From: Candidatus Altiarchaeota archaeon
GTDB lineage: Archaea; Altiarchaeota; Altiarchaeia; IMC4; SCGC-AAA252-I15
NCBI GenBank assembly: GCA_043813075.1
Contig: JBDRLL010000028.1
Span: forward strand, 1 to 28,291
DNA length: 28,291 nt
Direction of reading: 5' to 3'
The translations under genes were made by a program, and so were the position numbers. The notes under the pieces were generated by a model. It saw only the letters and a program-made list of their open reading frames with translations, ran no database searches and had not been told where the DNA came from. This document shows positions 26,891-28,291 of the stretch, piece after piece (position 1 is the stretch's first letter; each line of letters opens with the position of its first letter).

Positions 26891-28150
26891 TCACATGTAT
26901 ACGGGGAACCTTGACGAGAGTTCAGACACCCTAGACCGAACGCCGGAGATTATCTTCTCATCCCCTTTGCCGTCGACGACTTCAGTCATCAATCCGCCCA
27001 GCTCGGACATCTCACCCTGCATCATGCCGCGTATAGTGACGCATGGGGTCCCTACCCTGATGCCAGACGTTACGAACGGCTTCTCTGGGTCGAAGGGGAT
27101 GGTGTTCTTGTTGACGGTGATTCCTGAGGAGTTAAGAGCCTCCTCAGCCTGCTTTCCAGTGAGTCCCTTGCCCCTCAAATCCACGAGCATGAGGTGATTG
27201 TCTGTGCCACCTGAAACAAGACTGAATTCGTTTTCAGCCAGTGAGGAAGCCAACGCCCTCGCGTTCTCCACTATCTGGGCCTGAAGCTTCCTGCGCTCCC
27301 CACTCATGTTCTCCTTGAAGCACACCGCCTTCGCGGCAATAACGTTCATGAACGGGCCGCCCTGCGCCCCAGGGAAAACAGCCTTATCCAAGTCTTTAGC
27401 ATACTCCTCCCTGCACATGACCAGCGCGCCTCGCGGACCCATAAGGGTCTTATGGGTGGTGGTCGTGATGTAGTCTGCATGCTTCGCCGGGTTGGGGTGC
27501 ACTCCCGCAGCAACCAGGCCGGCTATGTGGGCTATGTCAGCCATCAACACAGCACCGACTTCATCGGCAATCTCCCGGAAGGCCTTGAAGTCGACGATCC
27601 GGGGGTAAGCACTGTAGCCGCACACGATCAGTTTAGGCTTCACCTTCCTGGCGACTGAAAGCACTTCAGCAGGGTCGATAGTCTGCGTCTTCTCGCTGAC
27701 GGTGTAGGTTTCGCCGTGATATATTTTACCGGAGAAATTGACTTTATACCCGTGGCTCAGGTGGCCGCCATGGCTCAAGTCCATGCCGAGGATCGTGTCG
27801 CCAGGATTCAATGCCGCGAAATAGACGGCCATATTAGCCTGCGTCCCAGAGTGGGGTTGGACGTTCACGTGTTCGACGCCGAACAGCTTCTTAGCCCGCT
27901 CTATCGCAAGGTCCTCGACAGCATCAACGTACTCGCAACCACCATAGTATCTCTTGTGCGGGTACCCCTCAGCGTACTTGTTGGTCATCACACAGGAGAC
28001 GGCCTCGCGGACCGCGACACTACAATAGCTTTCGCTCGCAATCATGTTAACGCCCTCCTGACGCATTATCTCATCCTGGATGACGTTGTAGACCTCCTCG
28101 TCAACGGAAGCCAGCTCCCTGTAGAAAGACTCTAGAGTAATCTTGAACAC
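26891..28150 (-). CDS. glyA: Serine hydroxymethyltransferase (bacterial THF type)
   Basis: [42 protein letters not shown] (PLP Lys), FPG.QGGP, GTDNHL, NKN.IP.D and SGIR.GT. Confidence 0.97.
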   Translation of the reverse strand: MFKITLESFYRELASVDEEVYNVIQDEIMRQEGVNMIASESYCSVAVREAVSCVMTNKYAEGYPHKRYYGGCEYVDAVEDLAIERAKKLFGVEHVNVQPHSGTQANMAVYFAALNPGDTILGMDLSHGGHLSHGYKVNFSGKIYHGETYTVSEKTQTIDPAEVLSVARKVKPKLIVCGYSAYPRIVDFKAFREIADEVGAVLMADIAHIAGLVAAGVHPNPAKHADYITTTTHKTLMGPRGALVMCREEYAKDLDKAVFPGAQGGPFMNVIAAKAVCFKENMSGERRKLQAQIVENARALASSLAENEFSLVSGGTDNHLMLVDLRGKGLTGKQAEEALNSSGITVNKNTIPFDPEKPFVTSGIRVGTPCVTIRGMMQGEMSELGGLMTEVVDGKGDEKIISGVRSRVSELSSRFPVYM

Positions 28151-28220
28151 CTCAAAGGGGATAAGTATTTTAAGTAAAACAAGTTAAAAATAACACCCCA
28201 AACACGGTAAAACCATAATT

Positions 28221-28291
28221 GGGCCTGTAGCCTAGTGGATAGGGCGACAGCCTTCTAAGCTGTAGACCGTGGGTTCGAATCCCACCAGGCC
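28221..28291 (+). tRNA. tRNA-Arg (anticodon TCT), intronless, 3' end cut by the window edge
   Basis: Acceptor GGGCCTG/CAGGCC(C), D arm GCCT-AGTGGATA-GGGC with A20 Arg identity element, anticodon arm ACAGC-CTTCTAA-GCTGT (TCT at 28254-28256), T arm GTGGG-TTCGAAT-CCCAC. Confidence 0.96.

Noticed and set aside
638-28135. Numerous 60-170 aa ORFs antisense to or nested in the called genes (e.g. 1832-2335, 7698-8171, 13353-13841, 13828-14295, 17279-17791, 18767-19237)
   Set aside because: Shadow frames of well-supported genes; Ser/Pro-rich composition expected from the antisense of purine-rich coding strands; no recognisable motifs.
28139-28153. Non-canonical ATT start for glyA (GAGGTG looks like an SD 6 nt before an in-frame ATT)
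   Set aside because: The GTG within that motif is itself in frame and lies just downstream of a TATA-like box, so the ordinary start suffices; cannot be resolved without proteomics.
1-28291. Stop-codon reassignment (TAG to Pyl, TGA to Sec) or programmed frameshifts
   Set aside because: TAG, TGA and TAA all end conserved proteins at their expected C-termini (e.g. trpS and alba TAG; aspS, rfcS and truD TGA), and no recognisable gene is split.
1-28291. CRISPR arrays, IS elements, integrases, rRNA or long DNA repeats
   Set aside because: None seen by eye; coding density leaves no unexplained gap longer than 184 bp.

Overview
Gene-dense archaeal chromosomal segment with 26 CDS (the first is 5'-partial) and a tRNA-Arg(TCT) cut by the right edge. 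Archaeal origin rests on rpl21e, rpo4/rpoF, DUF655, Alba, RFC small subunit, archaeal TrpRS/AspRS/TruD, TATA-like promoters and GGTG/GGAGG ribosome-binding sites. A DPANN/Altiarchaeota-like host is a tentative inference only. The left ~10 kb is an envelope-modification region: several GT-C membrane glycosyltransferases, a DPM1-like GT2, an anchored sulfatase-fold enzyme with Thr at the nucleophile position, two anchored Cys-pair repeat proteins, an anchored B3-like metallo-beta-lactamase-fold hydrolase and a cobalamin-dependent radical SAM enzyme. The middle holds information-processing genes (trpS, truD, rfcS, ileS, rpl21e-rpo4-DUF655-alba-KH protein, aspS). The right end carries a bacterial-type tetrahydrofolate glyA-folD-purH operon. 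Best leads are an IleRS with ALHH instead of HIGH (the signature of mupirocin hyper-resistant bacterial IleRS2) and the putative surface-glycan tailoring module at 1.3-7.7 kb. No CRISPR array, transposase, integrase, rRNA or intein was seen.
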